Below are positions 51,694 to 61,662 of a stretch of DNA of 64,000 nt, in pieces. The translations under genes and the position numbers were made by a program. The notes under the pieces were generated by a model that saw only the letters and a program-made list of their open reading frames with translations, searched no databases and had not been told where the DNA came from. Position 1 is the stretch's first letter. Every line of letters begins with the position of its first letter. Source of the DNA: Candidatus Poribacteria bacterium (GTDB lineage: Bacteria; Poribacteria; WGA-4E; WGA-3G); the NCBI GenBank assembly GCA_965215265.1, contig OZ244048.1, positions 704,001-768,000 on the forward strand, read 5' to 3'.

Positions 51694-52761
51694 CTACTGT
51701 GCAGGTGGTTCTGCCTGCGTCTTGAGTTCAACGGCTCTGCCGGTTTGCGAAGATTCAATACCGGCGAGGAGTATTTCGGTGACGTGTCGCGCTGTGTAAG
51801 CATTAGAGAGCGGTGGTTGCTTGGCTTGGCGGATACATTCAGCGAAGTGTGCATGCATTCCACTCGGTGCTACATCGGTACAGTCGATAGTCTTGACATC
51901 AACTGGTGCGTGTTCGCGTGTGTAAGAGGTTGGTGTCCATTGGCTGAGTGGTGCGCCATCTTTACCGGGTATCGTAAATTTGCCTGCGGTGCCGTGGATG
52001 CTTGCTTCGCCTGTGCGTGCGGGGTCACACCAGCTGGTTTCAGCGGTGACAATCCCGCCGGATTGCATTTCAAGGACAAGGGTTGCGACATCTTCAAGTT
52101 GTGTAGGCTTATCAAAGGTAGAGACAAATCCGGTAACGCGCTTGAAAGTGCCGAGCATTGCGACAAGTCCGGAAACGGCGTAAACGCCCATATCAAAGAG
52201 TGCACCGACACTTGCTTGTTTTGCGTCAAAGAACCACAAATCATCTCCGGTTTCGCCGAAGATGTCTCGGATTTCAGCGTAGTAAATTTCGGGTCCGCCG
52301 TGGCTGCTGCGCATTCTGGCACCGGAAACGCGTCCGATTGCGTTCTGAGCGATTAATTGTCGGATTTTGTAGATGGCGGCATTGAAATGTGGCAGACACA
52401 TGACGATTTTTCCGCTGGCTTCGGCAGCTGCGACAAACTGATTTGCTTCGTGGATATCGCCACAGAGGGGTTTTTGCATCAAGACATGCTTGCCGGCTCC
52501 TAAAGCTTTAACGCCCCAGGAGACATGCAAGGGATGGGGTGTTCCGACGAGGATGGCATCCAAAGATTCATCAGAGACAATCCGGTCGTAGTCGTGCGTC
52601 CAGTGCGGAATGTCAAATTGCTGACACTGCTGCTTGAGGCGATGTTCGCGTCGTCCGCCAATCACTGTTACTTCAAAATCTGTGCCTTGCTTAATATCAG
52701 GTAGGTGCATTCTGCAAACGATTCCGCCTGCTCCGATAATGCCAAGTTTTAGTTTTTTCAT
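51694..52761 (-). CDS. Gfo/Idh/MocA family oxidoreductase
   Basis: GIIGAG, GKHVLMQKP, GALFDMGVY, ED. Confidence 0.88.
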   Translation of the reverse strand: MKKLKLGIIGAGGIVCRMHLPDIKQGTDFEVTVIGGRREHRLKQQCQQFDIPHWTHDYDRIVSDESLDAILVGTPHPLHVSWGVKALGAGKHVLMQKPLCGDIHEANQFVAAAEASGKIVMCLPHFNAAIYKIRQLIAQNAIGRVSGARMRSSHGGPEIYYAEIRDIFGETGDDLWFFDAKQASVGALFDMGVYAVSGLVAMLGTFKRVTGFVSTFDKPTQLEDVATLVLEMQSGGIVTAETSWCDPARTGEASIHGTAGKFTIPGKDGAPLSQWTPTSYTREHAPVDVKTIDCTDVAPSGMHAHFAECIRQAKQPPLSNAYTARHVTEILLAGIESSQTGRAVELKTQAEPPAQ

Positions 52762-52797
52762 ACGGATTCCCTTTTTTATAGGTTGTTAGCAAATTAA

Positions 52798-53310
52798 ATG
52801 AGACAGTTACGGGATAAACAACTCAAAAAGTTTCTGCGGCAGTCAGCGTATCCGTCGATAGAACTGGTTTTTATCCTTCAAGATGTCGAAGACCCGGTTA
52901 ACGTTGGCGCGACTTTCCGGATAGCGGATGCGTGCGGTGTTGGCGAAATAGTATTAGCGGGGATTAGTGCGTTGCCGCCCCATCCAACTATTTCCGGTGT
53001 TGGCCGCGGTGCACATCGAACGGTAAAGTGGTCTACGACTGCCACCGCCACAGATGCGATTAAAACTTACAAGCAGCAAGGGTACGTTGGATATGCCCTG
53101 GAGGTGACCTCGGGTGCGGTGCCGTACCATACAGTGGAGTATAGCGAAAAACTTTTCTTAGTTGTGGGCAATGAATACCGCGGGGTTTCCCGGCGTACGC
53201 TTGAGGCGTGTGATAAAGCCATCTATCTGCCGATGTATGGTAAGGTGCGCTCCTTGAACGTGCATGTTGCGCTTGCTGTGGCGACGTATCACATTTTGCA
53301 TAAAAACTAG
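52798..53310 (+). CDS. SpoU/TrmH family RNA methyltransferase
   Basis: DPVNVGATFR, VGNEYRG, LPMYG..SLNV. Confidence 0.9.
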   Translation: MRQLRDKQLKKFLRQSAYPSIELVFILQDVEDPVNVGATFRIADACGVGEIVLAGISALPPHPTISGVGRGAHRTVKWSTTATATDAIKTYKQQGYVGYALEVTSGAVPYHTVEYSEKLFLVVGNEYRGVSRRTLEACDKAIYLPMYGKVRSLNVHVALAVATYHILHKN

Positions 53311-53341
53311 GCGCACTGATGCCAGATTTCCGGTTTTGCGT

Positions 53342-53995
53342 TTACTGTATGAGTATGACGTTGCGATAGGCTACCGGTCCGTGGTCTCCTTGTAACATCA
53401 GGGGGCCAGTGGGTGCTTCCTCCTGGAACATTGCCCCGCGTGTGCAGCCAACTACCTCAACATTTTCATGAATTGTTTGTCCATTCCAGAGGACTTTGAC
53501 AAAAGTAGCATTTGCAGTTTTGTTGCGTTGTGCATCAAATCGCGGGGCGCGGAAGATGATTTCGTAGTTTTGCCACTGTCCGGGCGGTTGGCTTGCGTTA
53601 ACGCGTGGCGGTACGCCATCTACAGGCTTCTCATCGATCCAGCGGCAGTAAACGCCGCCGCAGGTGCCGTATCGGAGTTCAGTCTCGCCCCAGCTGTCTA
53701 ATATCTGGATTTCATATCTTCCCATGAGGTAGACACCGGAATTAGAGTTCTGGGGTACCATGAATTCTAGGTGCAGTTCACAATCTCCGTATTCAGCAGC
53801 TGTATAGATGTCAGCGGTGCGTCCGGTAGGTCCATTGTAAAAGAGCCCTTCCCCGGTGGTAGGCATTAACAATTTTACATCGTTGGGGTTGAGGGCAATA
53901 TTGGATGCGGCTGCCCATTCATGGTTCGTGGCTCTGCCTCTTGGGAGCCATCCATCCATGTTTTTCCCGTTAAAAAGCTTGGTAGTTTGAGACAT
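53342..53995 (-). CDS. DUF1080 (3-keto-disaccharide hydrolase-like) protein
   Basis: LFNGKNMDGW, NSGVY, YEIQILD, LQGDHG.V.YRN. Confidence 0.88.
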   Translation of the reverse strand: MSQTTKLFNGKNMDGWLPRGRATNHEWAAASNIALNPNDVKLLMPTTGEGLFYNGPTGRTADIYTAAEYGDCELHLEFMVPQNSNSGVYLMGRYEIQILDSWGETELRYGTCGGVYCRWIDEKPVDGVPPRVNASQPPGQWQNYEIIFRAPRFDAQRNKTANATFVKVLWNGQTIHENVEVVGCTRGAMFQEEAPTGPLMLQGDHGPVAYRNVILIQ

Positions 53996-54117
53996 TCTTC
54001 ATTCCTCCGGAATTTGATTGACAGATTTTGCGAAATAGGATATCCTATTAAGGTAACATACATAATTGATAGGCTGTTTCGCCGCTATGGGCGAGCTGCC
54101 TTTTCTAAGAGGAGATA

Positions 54118-55014
54118 ATGAACCATAAGAAACAAGGGCTCTTATATTCCTGTCTATCTCTGCTGATGTGCCTAACTGTGATTTGGACGTTGGCATTCCT
54201 GCAGCTAGACGAAGGGGTTGTCGCATCGGATGATGCCCGCACGCCTTTTGCGGAAGGGTGCGTCAAGTGCCATGGCAATGAACCGGCATATCAGGAATGG
54301 AAAAACGCGGGACATGCGAAAGCACTTGTCAATCTACATGCTGGACCTTACCCGGTTGTGCGTTCCTGCCTGAGCTGCCATTCGTCCGGGTACGAGCTTT
54401 TCATTGACAGGGTTTACCCTGGGCATCAGTATAATCTAGAGACGGCGGTGAACGCTGTGGGTTGTTCATCATGTCACTCTCATAGTAGTAAAACGGAACA
54501 CCTTTTGGTGAAGCCTGCGAAAAAATTGTGTGTAAGCTGCCATAAAATGGACTGCGGTTGTGCCGGTGCTGGTACTGTGCATCAATCCCAATCCGAGATG
54601 TTTCTGGGGCGTGATGGTGCCGGTGTCAAACGGATGCCGTCGCCGCATGTGCGTGCCATGAAAAAACGGTGCGTGCACTGCCACATGGCAAAAACGGAGC
54701 CGGAGACGGTTGCCCAACACGGTGGCCATACGTTCGTCGCTGAGCTGTCGTTTTGCAGCAGTGCGGGTTGTCACGATAGCCCGGATAACGACATGGCGGT
54801 GAAACTTCCAAAGTACCGTGCCGAAATTGAGGCGAAGATGCTTGCAGTTAAAACGATGTTAGACAATGCGGTAGACAAAAATTCGCAAGCGTATAAGGAT
54901 GCGAAGTTGAACTACGACATGGTAAAAGGCGATAGCGGTTATGGTCTTCACAATATGCCGTATGCGAACGCGCTGCTGGATTATAGTCTGTCGCTCAAAT
55001 CCGCATTGGAGTAG
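54118..55014 (+). CDS. multiheme cytochrome c
   Basis: N-terminal hydrophobic segment; five CxxCH plus one CxxxxCH; DxSxGxHN C-terminus. Confidence 0.88.
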   Translation: MNHKKQGLLYSCLSLLMCLTVIWTLAFLQLDEGVVASDDARTPFAEGCVKCHGNEPAYQEWKNAGHAKALVNLHAGPYPVVRSCLSCHSSGYELFIDRVYPGHQYNLETAVNAVGCSSCHSHSSKTEHLLVKPAKKLCVSCHKMDCGCAGAGTVHQSQSEMFLGRDGAGVKRMPSPHVRAMKKRCVHCHMAKTEPETVAQHGGHTFVAELSFCSSAGCHDSPDNDMAVKLPKYRAEIEAKMLAVKTMLDNAVDKNSQAYKDAKLNYDMVKGDSGYGLHNMPYANALLDYSLSLKSALE

Positions 55015-55052
55015 CGAGCGTATCTATCTGCTCTGCTGGGGCATTTGCCTGG

Positions 55053-55877
55053 TTACTGTGTGCCGTTGAGTGCTGCTTTTAGCGGTACATCCTTATCTTG
55101 CGGTAGATAGTAGCTGAGCGGTTCGGTGACAACGCCGATGAGCTGCTTCTGAATTGGATTGCATTTTGCGATGAGTGAGTCAGGCATGGTGATGTAATCC
55201 ATGGGTTTGACCCATCGGTATGCGTATCCCATAAAGATGGTTTTGCGTGGCATGCCGGACCAGTTGTGCCCGATTCCGTGCCAGGTCCGCTGTTCGAAGA
55301 GGAAAGCGTCGCCTGGTTTGATGTTCATAGAAATAGCGCCGCGTGCCCATCCGGTATCCGGATCAGTTGCAGGTCGGCCGGAGAGTCGGTTACTGCCGGG
55401 TACAAGAACGGTTGCCCCGGAAGCCGGGTCTGACTGGTCGCTGATAGCATAAGCAATTTTGAGCATGATGCGCGGGTGCGGTTCCTGCATTTCCCTATAA
55501 GATGTGCCGCCATCTCGATGTAGCCCGATTCGGTTTTTAACCTCGGTGGGCGGCTCCTCTTTAGACGGAAGTACAATAAGATGTGAGGTTATCATCTGCA
55601 CATTCCAATTGAGTACGCCGTATGCTAGTGGGACTGTTTTATCCCAATCAAGCAGCTGGAGGAACGCTTCATGATGGGTGATGCAATTACGGAGATTGAG
55701 TTTACCGCCAGTTTCGAGGCATCCGGCAGCTGCTTGTGCAGCATAGACTTCATCAACAGCGGCATCAATTTCCGCGACGACATCTGGGGGTAAAGCGTTT
55801 TTAATTAAAAGATAGCCGTTGTTTTCAACGAACTGTTTTTGCTCGGGCGTAAGTATTACTTCCTGAGTCGTATCCAT
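55053..55877 (-). CDS. phytanoyl-CoA dioxygenase (PhyH) family protein
   Basis: NNGYL, HRD, VPGS, KPGDAFLF..WHG, R. Confidence 0.88.
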   Translation of the reverse strand: MDTTQEVILTPEQKQFVENNGYLLIKNALPPDVVAEIDAAVDEVYAAQAAAGCLETGGKLNLRNCITHHEAFLQLLDWDKTVPLAYGVLNWNVQMITSHLIVLPSKEEPPTEVKNRIGLHRDGGTSYREMQEPHPRIMLKIAYAISDQSDPASGATVLVPGSNRLSGRPATDPDTGWARGAISMNIKPGDAFLFEQRTWHGIGHNWSGMPRKTIFMGYAYRWVKPMDYITMPDSLIAKCNPIQKQLIGVVTEPLSYYLPQDKDVPLKAALNGTQ

Positions 55878-56050
55878 TTTTTATCCTCTCTTTAGCATCG
55901 CCTTTAAATCGATGGTGGCTCTGATTCACCTTGCCGATTTAGGCGTGTCAAAATGATTACGTTGACACTGTTATGAATGTGTCTGCATGAAAGTATATAG
56001 TGATTTAAGAAAAATATCAAGTAAAAAAATAGTTTCACGAGAAACCCAAA

Positions 56051-58021
56051 TTGCAAACAACTTCTTCCGAGCGAAATTCTAGAGAGCGCGTGTCTGAATC
56101 TGTTTTGCGGTGTGCGTCGAGAATCGGTGCGACAGGGCGTGCGATTTTCCTCGGTACTACCCTTATTATTCCTAACGTTTACTGGATCCTGGATTCTGCG
56201 GGGCAAGGCTATCCGACCACTATCTCCCTCTATTTTAACGTCATTTTCTGCGTTTTTATTTTGACGTGTTTTAATTTTATATTATCTCGGTTCAGGAACA
56301 GTTTTCTCCAAAAACTGGCGCTTGGGCGTGGGGAATTGCTGACGGTTTACGTCATGTTGACGATAGCCTCCTCATTAGCTGGGCACGATGTACTTCGGGT
56401 TTTAATTCCGATGATTCCGTATGCTTTCTGGTATGCGACAGCGGAAAACGATTGGGCAGATCTATTTCATCGGTACATCCCGGATTGGCTGGCGGTTAAG
56501 GATCGTGCTTTTTTGACAGAGTATTATAGAGGAGAATCGACTTTTTACCGTTCAGAGTTTATAGAAGGATGGCTTCCGACAACGTTGGCTTGGGGTGGTT
56601 TCTTATGCGCGATGGTTTTCTTGATGGTTTGTATCAATAGCCTGGTGCGTAAACAGTGGACAGAACATGAGAAGTTGAGTTACCCAATCATTCAATTGCC
56701 GCTGGAGTTGAGCGGCAGTGGGCGTTCGGGTCTGCTGACAAATAAGATGATGTGGGTCGGTTTCGGGATAGCTGGTGCGATTGACATCCTTAACGGTCTT
56801 CACTATCTGTATCCAACGGTTCCGAGTTTGGGTGGCCGTTTGTATGATCTGCGTCCCCTATTTACGCAAAAACCGTGGAGTGCAATAGGCTGGACACCGA
56901 TCGCTGTGTTTCCGTTTGCCGTAGGGATAGCGTTCTTTATTCCGCTTGATTTATCGTTTTCCTGCTGGTTTTTCTATCTATTTTGGAAGGTGGAACGGAT
57001 CTTTGGGGATGCGTTAGGTGTGCGTGGGATGCCGAATTTTCCGTTCACAGATGAACAATCGTTTGGGGCATATCTAGGTCTGTTTGTGCTTGCGATATTG
57101 GCGACGCGAAAACACCTCGGCCGGGTGTGGCGGCGGCTCTTTCAGTCGACTTCGAAGAGTAAGAGTCTGATCAACGATTCGGCTGAGCCGATGTCGTATC
57201 GTGCGACCGTCTTAGGGTTGTTAGTAAGTCTAATCTTCATCGTAGGTTTCTGTAAAGTGGCTGGGATGTCGATGTGGGTAATTTTGGTATTTTTCGGTAT
57301 CTACTATGCAATTTCGACAGCAGTGACGCGTATGCGTGCTGAATTGGGTTCGCCTGTGCACGATTTGCACTTCATCGGTCCTGATGAGATGATGCCTCGG
57401 ATATTTGGTACGCGTCTGCTCGGTCCGCAAAATTTGACGATGTTCGCGTATCTCTTCTTTTTTAATCGTGCGTACCGTGGGCATCCGATGCCTCATATTT
57501 TAGAAGGATTTAAGTTGGCAGAGCGGACTGGGATTTCAAATAGACGTTTGCTGGTTGCGATGTGTATCGCTATTGTTATTGGGACGTTCGCCTCGTTTTG
57601 GGCGTTCTACCATATTTCATATATTGAAGGCGCGCGCGATTGGTTTGCCGGGCATCCGTTTAACCGTCTCCAGAGCTGGCTGTCTTCTCCGAAGGCCCCG
57701 GATGTTCCCGCAATTTTTGCGATGTGTATCGGTTTTTTAATTACGTGCGTGTTGATGGTTTTACGGATGCAGCTATTTTGGTGGCCGTTCCATCCCGCCG
57801 GGTTTGCTATCTCTAGCAGCTGGTCAATGAATGTGTTCTGGTTTTCAATTCTGGTGAGTTTTGTTCTGAAGTGGCTTATTCTGCGTCATGGGGGTGTTAG
57901 CACGCATCGCAAATTGATTCCGTTATTCCTGGGTCTTATTTTAGGCGAGTTCATTGTGGGTAGTGTGTGGAGTTTGATTGGTATTACGTCGGATCGGCCG
58001 ATGTATCGGTTTCTGTTTTAG
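56051..58021 (+). CDS. DUF6785/DUF6784-like polytopic membrane protein (paralog of 16378-18303)
   Basis: GELLTVY, RKQWTEHEKLSYPIIQLP, WWPFHPAG, PLFLGLILGE. Confidence 0.75.
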   Translation: MQTTSSERNSRERVSESVLRCASRIGATGRAIFLGTTLIIPNVYWILDSAGQGYPTTISLYFNVIFCVFILTCFNFILSRFRNSFLQKLALGRGELLTVYVMLTIASSLAGHDVLRVLIPMIPYAFWYATAENDWADLFHRYIPDWLAVKDRAFLTEYYRGESTFYRSEFIEGWLPTTLAWGGFLCAMVFLMVCINSLVRKQWTEHEKLSYPIIQLPLELSGSGRSGLLTNKMMWVGFGIAGAIDILNGLHYLYPTVPSLGGRLYDLRPLFTQKPWSAIGWTPIAVFPFAVGIAFFIPLDLSFSCWFFYLFWKVERIFGDALGVRGMPNFPFTDEQSFGAYLGLFVLAILATRKHLGRVWRRLFQSTSKSKSLINDSAEPMSYRATVLGLLVSLIFIVGFCKVAGMSMWVILVFFGIYYAISTAVTRMRAELGSPVHDLHFIGPDEMMPRIFGTRLLGPQNLTMFAYLFFFNRAYRGHPMPHILEGFKLAERTGISNRRLLVAMCIAIVIGTFASFWAFYHISYIEGARDWFAGHPFNRLQSWLSSPKAPDVPAIFAMCIGFLITCVLMVLRMQLFWWPFHPAGFAISSSWSMNVFWFSILVSFVLKWLILRHGGVSTHRKLIPLFLGLILGEFIVGSVWSLIGITSDRPMYRFLF

Positions 58022-58245
58022 GCGGACGTTCTTGCTGGGCTGTATGGCTGTATCAGGAGGTAGGGGCCTTCCACAAGTAATGAGTTGGAAAAGGAATCGG
58101 CGTGGACGTTGAGCATGCTGGAGGCACCGACTGTCTCGATTTCGGACAGTGGCGGCTCATTCTAATAAGAGAAAGAGGTGTGATGGCATTCAGCACTGTG
58201 CCGACTCACCATCAACCTCTGGTTTTATCTTTGGCTGTTCATAAG

Positions 58246-58286
58246 CCGAGCTGCGTGCAGCTCGGAAGAGGTAAAGGGGTAAAGAT
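58246..58286 (-). other. pyrimidine-rich tract plus 8-bp-stem/4-nt-loop hairpin (DGR IMH/hairpin-like)
   Basis: After the stop codon: ATCTTTACCCCTTTACCTCTT, then CCGAGCTG-CACG-CAGCTCGG. Confidence 0.5.
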
Positions 58287-59417
58287 TTAAGGCGTGACAG
58301 CCCTCGCGCACCGGAACCCGCCGAGGCCGAGCGCGGTCCAAGGTAAATACTCGCCGCGATTAGCGGCACGCAGGAAACGAGTACTATTGATCCAGCCACC
58401 GCCGCGCAACACGCGAGCAGAATAAATATTTGTGTAGTCATCTACAATCTCATCCAGATTCGATATGGTGTTCACGTCGCTCAGCGGATTTCGAGACGGC
58501 GAATTAAAATAGAAATCCGAATCATACGCATCCAGACACCACTCGCGAACGTTCCCGGCCATGTCGAACAGCCCATACCCGTTCGCAGCATAACTCCCCA
58601 CAGCCGTTGTATCGTTTACATTAAGACCGTAGTTCGCATCGTTCGGCGCTATCGTGTCTCCCCACGGGTATTTCTTACCAACTAACCCACCCCGTGCCGC
58701 TTTCTCCCACTCCGCCTCAGTGGGCAGGCGTTTACCGGCCCAAGCAGCATACGCCATCGCACCATACCACGGAACATACGTCACGGGATGGTTCGCCTTA
58801 CCCGAAGGATAGTTATTACCGTCCCAATGGCTTAGGTAATCACCATCATGGCGGACAGCCGGAACCCGCCCCTTCTGCCACTGCGGGTTCGCCAGCACAA
58901 AACGTTTGTACTCCAGATTCGTCACCTCGTGCGTGTCCATGTAGAACGCGTCCACATGCACCGTGTGCACAGGCTGTTCATCACTACCGGCATCGGCATC
59001 GTTGCTGCCCATCTGGAATGCACCACCGGGGATGAGCACCATGCCTGCCGGCGGCGGCTTGGCTTTTGCTTTGACCTGGTAAGTCAAAGTCAGGCTGCCT
59101 GCACCATTTGACCAGTTGAGCCGCAAGTTCAGCGCACCGCGGCTAAAAGGACCTGAGATGGTCCGAGTCCTACCCACACCGGATACAGAACCCTCACTGG
59201 TGCTGACATCGCCCGGATCGGTGTCAAAGTTTAATATGATGCTCCCATCTTCCGCAAGCTCACCACCGGACGGTGTCACGCTTTCGATCGCGGCGGGAGC
59301 CTCCTCTTCTTCAGCATCATCTTCAATAAATCCGCAGCTGAGCAGGCAAACCGCCAGCGAAGTGGCCATCAATAAAACTAAGATTCTAAACATTACTGCT
59401 ACGCTTTTATTAGTCAT
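58287..59417 (-). CDS. lipoprotein with FGE-sulfatase (CLec-fold) domain
   Basis: Lipobox LLSC; FQMGS, HEVTN, KRLPTEAEWEKAARGG, DMAGNVREW, RVLRGG.W..GFRC; start at ATG 59417 after GGAGG. Confidence 0.9.
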   Translation of the reverse strand: MTNKSVAVMFRILVLLMATSLAVCLLSCGFIEDDAEEEEAPAAIESVTPSGGELAEDGSIILNFDTDPGDVSTSEGSVSGVGRTRTISGPFSRGALNLRLNWSNGAGSLTLTYQVKAKAKPPPAGMVLIPGGAFQMGSNDADAGSDEQPVHTVHVDAFYMDTHEVTNLEYKRFVLANPQWQKGRVPAVRHDGDYLSHWDGNNYPSGKANHPVTYVPWYGAMAYAAWAGKRLPTEAEWEKAARGGLVGKKYPWGDTIAPNDANYGLNVNDTTAVGSYAANGYGLFDMAGNVREWCLDAYDSDFYFNSPSRNPLSDVNTISNLDEIVDDYTNIYSARVLRGGGWINSTRFLRAANRGEYLPWTALGLGGFRCARAVTP

Positions 59418-59638
59418 TACAGCCCTCCAAACCGTTGAAACTTTTTTATTACACACAAATGCCGCGAAACGCCCGCGGCTAACGGATGCCGGAATCTCTT
59501 CAAGAGCATCCGCGGTATTGTCTATATTCTTGAAAATAGATAAGATTTTCCCGGGTATACCGGCACTTGTCCCGACAATCTCTCACGCTTTTGGCAACAA
59601 GGCACACATAACACATCTCAACTCACTAAAATTTTACC

Positions 59639-59986
59639 CTATTTATAACTGGTTTTTTTGACTAAAGGATAGTTATTACCGTTCCAATATTTTAGGTAAT
59701 CACCATCGTGGAGTGCACGGGGGATACGCGTCTTTTGCCATTGGGGGTTCGCCAGCACAAACCGCTTGTATTCCAGATTCGTCACCTCGTGCGTGTCCAT
59801 GTAGAACGCGTCCACATGCACCGTGTGCACAGGCTGCTCGTCATTACCGGCATCGGCAGCCTCGCTGCCCATCCAGAATTTGCCCCGAGGGATCCGCACC
59901 ATACCATCAAAAGGCGTGGGCGTGTCACCGCAACTCAAAACGGTCACTGCACACGCCAGCACCATTGAAATTCTCTTATCAGACAT
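59639..59986 (-). pseudogene. 3'-truncated FGE-domain lipoprotein paralog
   Basis: Lipobox VLSC; 59665-59905 closely matches 58805-59045; ends at NNYP in AT-rich sequence. Confidence 0.8.
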
Positions 59987-60068
59987 CAAAACGCTCCAAA
60001 TTATTGAAACATTTTTATAAAAACGGAACACTCCGCTCACTCTGCCAGGGCGTTCGGTGCGTGCGTTT

Positions 60069-60350
60069 CTATAGTTCTAACGCCTGTAGGAATGCTTGAA
60101 AACTATCGGCTTTGACGGCTGTCAGCAGCAGTTGCTCGAGGTGTTCTAGGTTAGAAAGCGTTTCGAGTTGCTGCGTGGCAGTGTGTATGTCACAATGAGG
60201 GAATCGCGCATTGAGGACGGCGGTTATATTTTTGATAGCCGTCTGGCACGCCCCTTTTTCTATGCCTCGTTCCATCCCTTGTGCTATGCCTCGTTCCATC
60301 CCTTGTGCTATGCCTCGTTCGAAGAGGAATTCGGCCATTGTCTCTGCCAT
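60069..60350 (-). CDS. putative internally initiated small Rpn protein (RpnS-like, 93 aa)
   Basis: GGAGGT-7nt-ATG in frame inside the rpn gene. Confidence 0.55.
   Translation of the reverse strand: MAETMAEFLFERGIAQGMERGIAQGMERGIEKGACQTAIKNITAVLNARFPHCDIHTATQQLETLSNLEHLEQLLLTAVKADSFQAFLQALEL
60260..60320. repeat. 24-bp tandem repeat x2.5 (ERGIAQGM)
   Basis: CTATGCCTCGTTCCATCCCTTGTG repeated. Confidence 0.92.
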
Positions 60351-61024
60351 AGGTGCTACCTCCATGTCACGCGTATGCCGGGCTACCAGCTCTATCAACT
60401 CTTCCTGTTCTTCCTTTGAACGCCGATGCACAATCAGCGATACCAGATACATTATCGCTTCCCGCCGCTGCCCTGAATCCACCGCATCAAGTGTCGCCAA
60501 CTGCGTCAAAGTCTCCACTAAGGCACGGCTTATAGACGCTTTGTCCGAATCTCCTTGTTGCAGCACTCTCATCAGCCACCCGAACGGATGCGCCGCCTCT
60601 GTCAGCGTCGCCTTGTCTGTGCGGTTCAGATTCAGAAACAGGATGTCAAATCTCGGAACGAATCGAGAGAGCGCCGCAGGCAGATTCATCATCGCCTCAA
60701 GTGTCAGAGGCTTTTCCCACCGCCGCTCCCCCGTGTAAAACACCACGGGCAGAATCGGCGGCAATACACGCTCTCTTCTCGGCACCTTCTCGGCCGCCCA
60801 CCGCCGCCGCTCTGCGTCCCAAATCAGCATCATGTAGAAAAGCACACGAAATCCCATCGTCGCATCTACCGTCGATTGATGTTCAATCAGCAGATAGAGG
60901 AGCAGCTCCTCCGCACCCTCATCACCATCACTTTTGAAGGGCACCCGATACACAATGTCTGCCTCTTGTTCTCGGAGCGTGGCGGGCAGCAGGCTCCTAT
61001 TGATTAGAACCAGCTGCTCAAATT

Positions 61025-61063
61025 GGCTGTGCATTCCCACCTTTTATGCACAGCCTTTTTTTT
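61025..61063. terminator. 10-bp hairpin with T8 on the + strand
   Basis: GGCTGTGCAT/ATGCACAGCC followed by T-run. Confidence 0.6.
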
Positions 61064-61064
61064 A

Positions 61065-61652
61065 TTATTCTACAAACAACGTCGGTTCGCCCAACCCGAC
61101 GTGGTCACAAAAGGTACCTTCTAACTCGTCTACTAAGATTGTGAGTTTATCTGTTCCTTTAGGTATATTGAATTCAATATACGTTCCATTATGTTCAGGG
61201 CGTAATTCTTCCGATTGGTATATTAATTTCTGATCGGAATATGCTAAAAGTCTCACTTTACCGGCACAGGTTGGGTGGGTGATGGCGAAATATGTGCCGA
61301 AGCGAGCCGGTTCTATTTCTGAAATATCATACTTAATAACACTGGGCGCATGCACATATATCCAGTGTTCCCAGACAAACATTTCTGGGAAGTTTTGGAA
61401 AGCTCCAGGTTTTTCTGTTCGTGTGCCATCTGGATATTGCTCCCACACATATTCTCTCCAGCCCCCCCATTCGTCTATCCCATTGACAGGGATTAAAGAA
61501 TTTGCAGAGTTGTGTGTAAGAGTAAGAAGTATATCGGCAGGTGGCGACACTACAGGCATCACCGCTTTTTTTCCCCGATCGCAGCTCGTGATGGAAACAC
61601 ACACCACTGCGATTAGCAACAAGTTCAGAATGATTACACTTTTTCTATTCAT
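61065..61652 (-). CDS. lipoprotein with NPCBM/NEW2-like domain
   Basis: Lipobox ITSC; HWIYVHAPS.I.YDI..IEFNIP.G..L.I.V..DH...GEP.L; AGGAG RBS. Confidence 0.7.
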   Translation of the reverse strand: MNRKSVIILNLLLIAVVCVSITSCDRGKKAVMPVVSPPADILLTLTHNSANSLIPVNGIDEWGGWREYVWEQYPDGTRTEKPGAFQNFPEMFVWEHWIYVHAPSVIKYDISEIEPARFGTYFAITHPTCAGKVRLLAYSDQKLIYQSEELRPEHNGTYIEFNIPKGTDKLTILVDELEGTFCDHVGLGEPTLFVE

Positions 61653-61662
61653 TAAAAACTCC

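Larger units (their letters stand above)
60069..61024 (-). pseudogene. Rpn/YhgA-like PD-(D/E)xK nuclease, apparently 5'-truncated
   Basis: EADIV..LYLLIEHQS..MGFR, LPPILPVVFYTG..W, C-terminal GIxxG repeats; the ORF-track start lies inside a hairpin. Confidence 0.7.
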
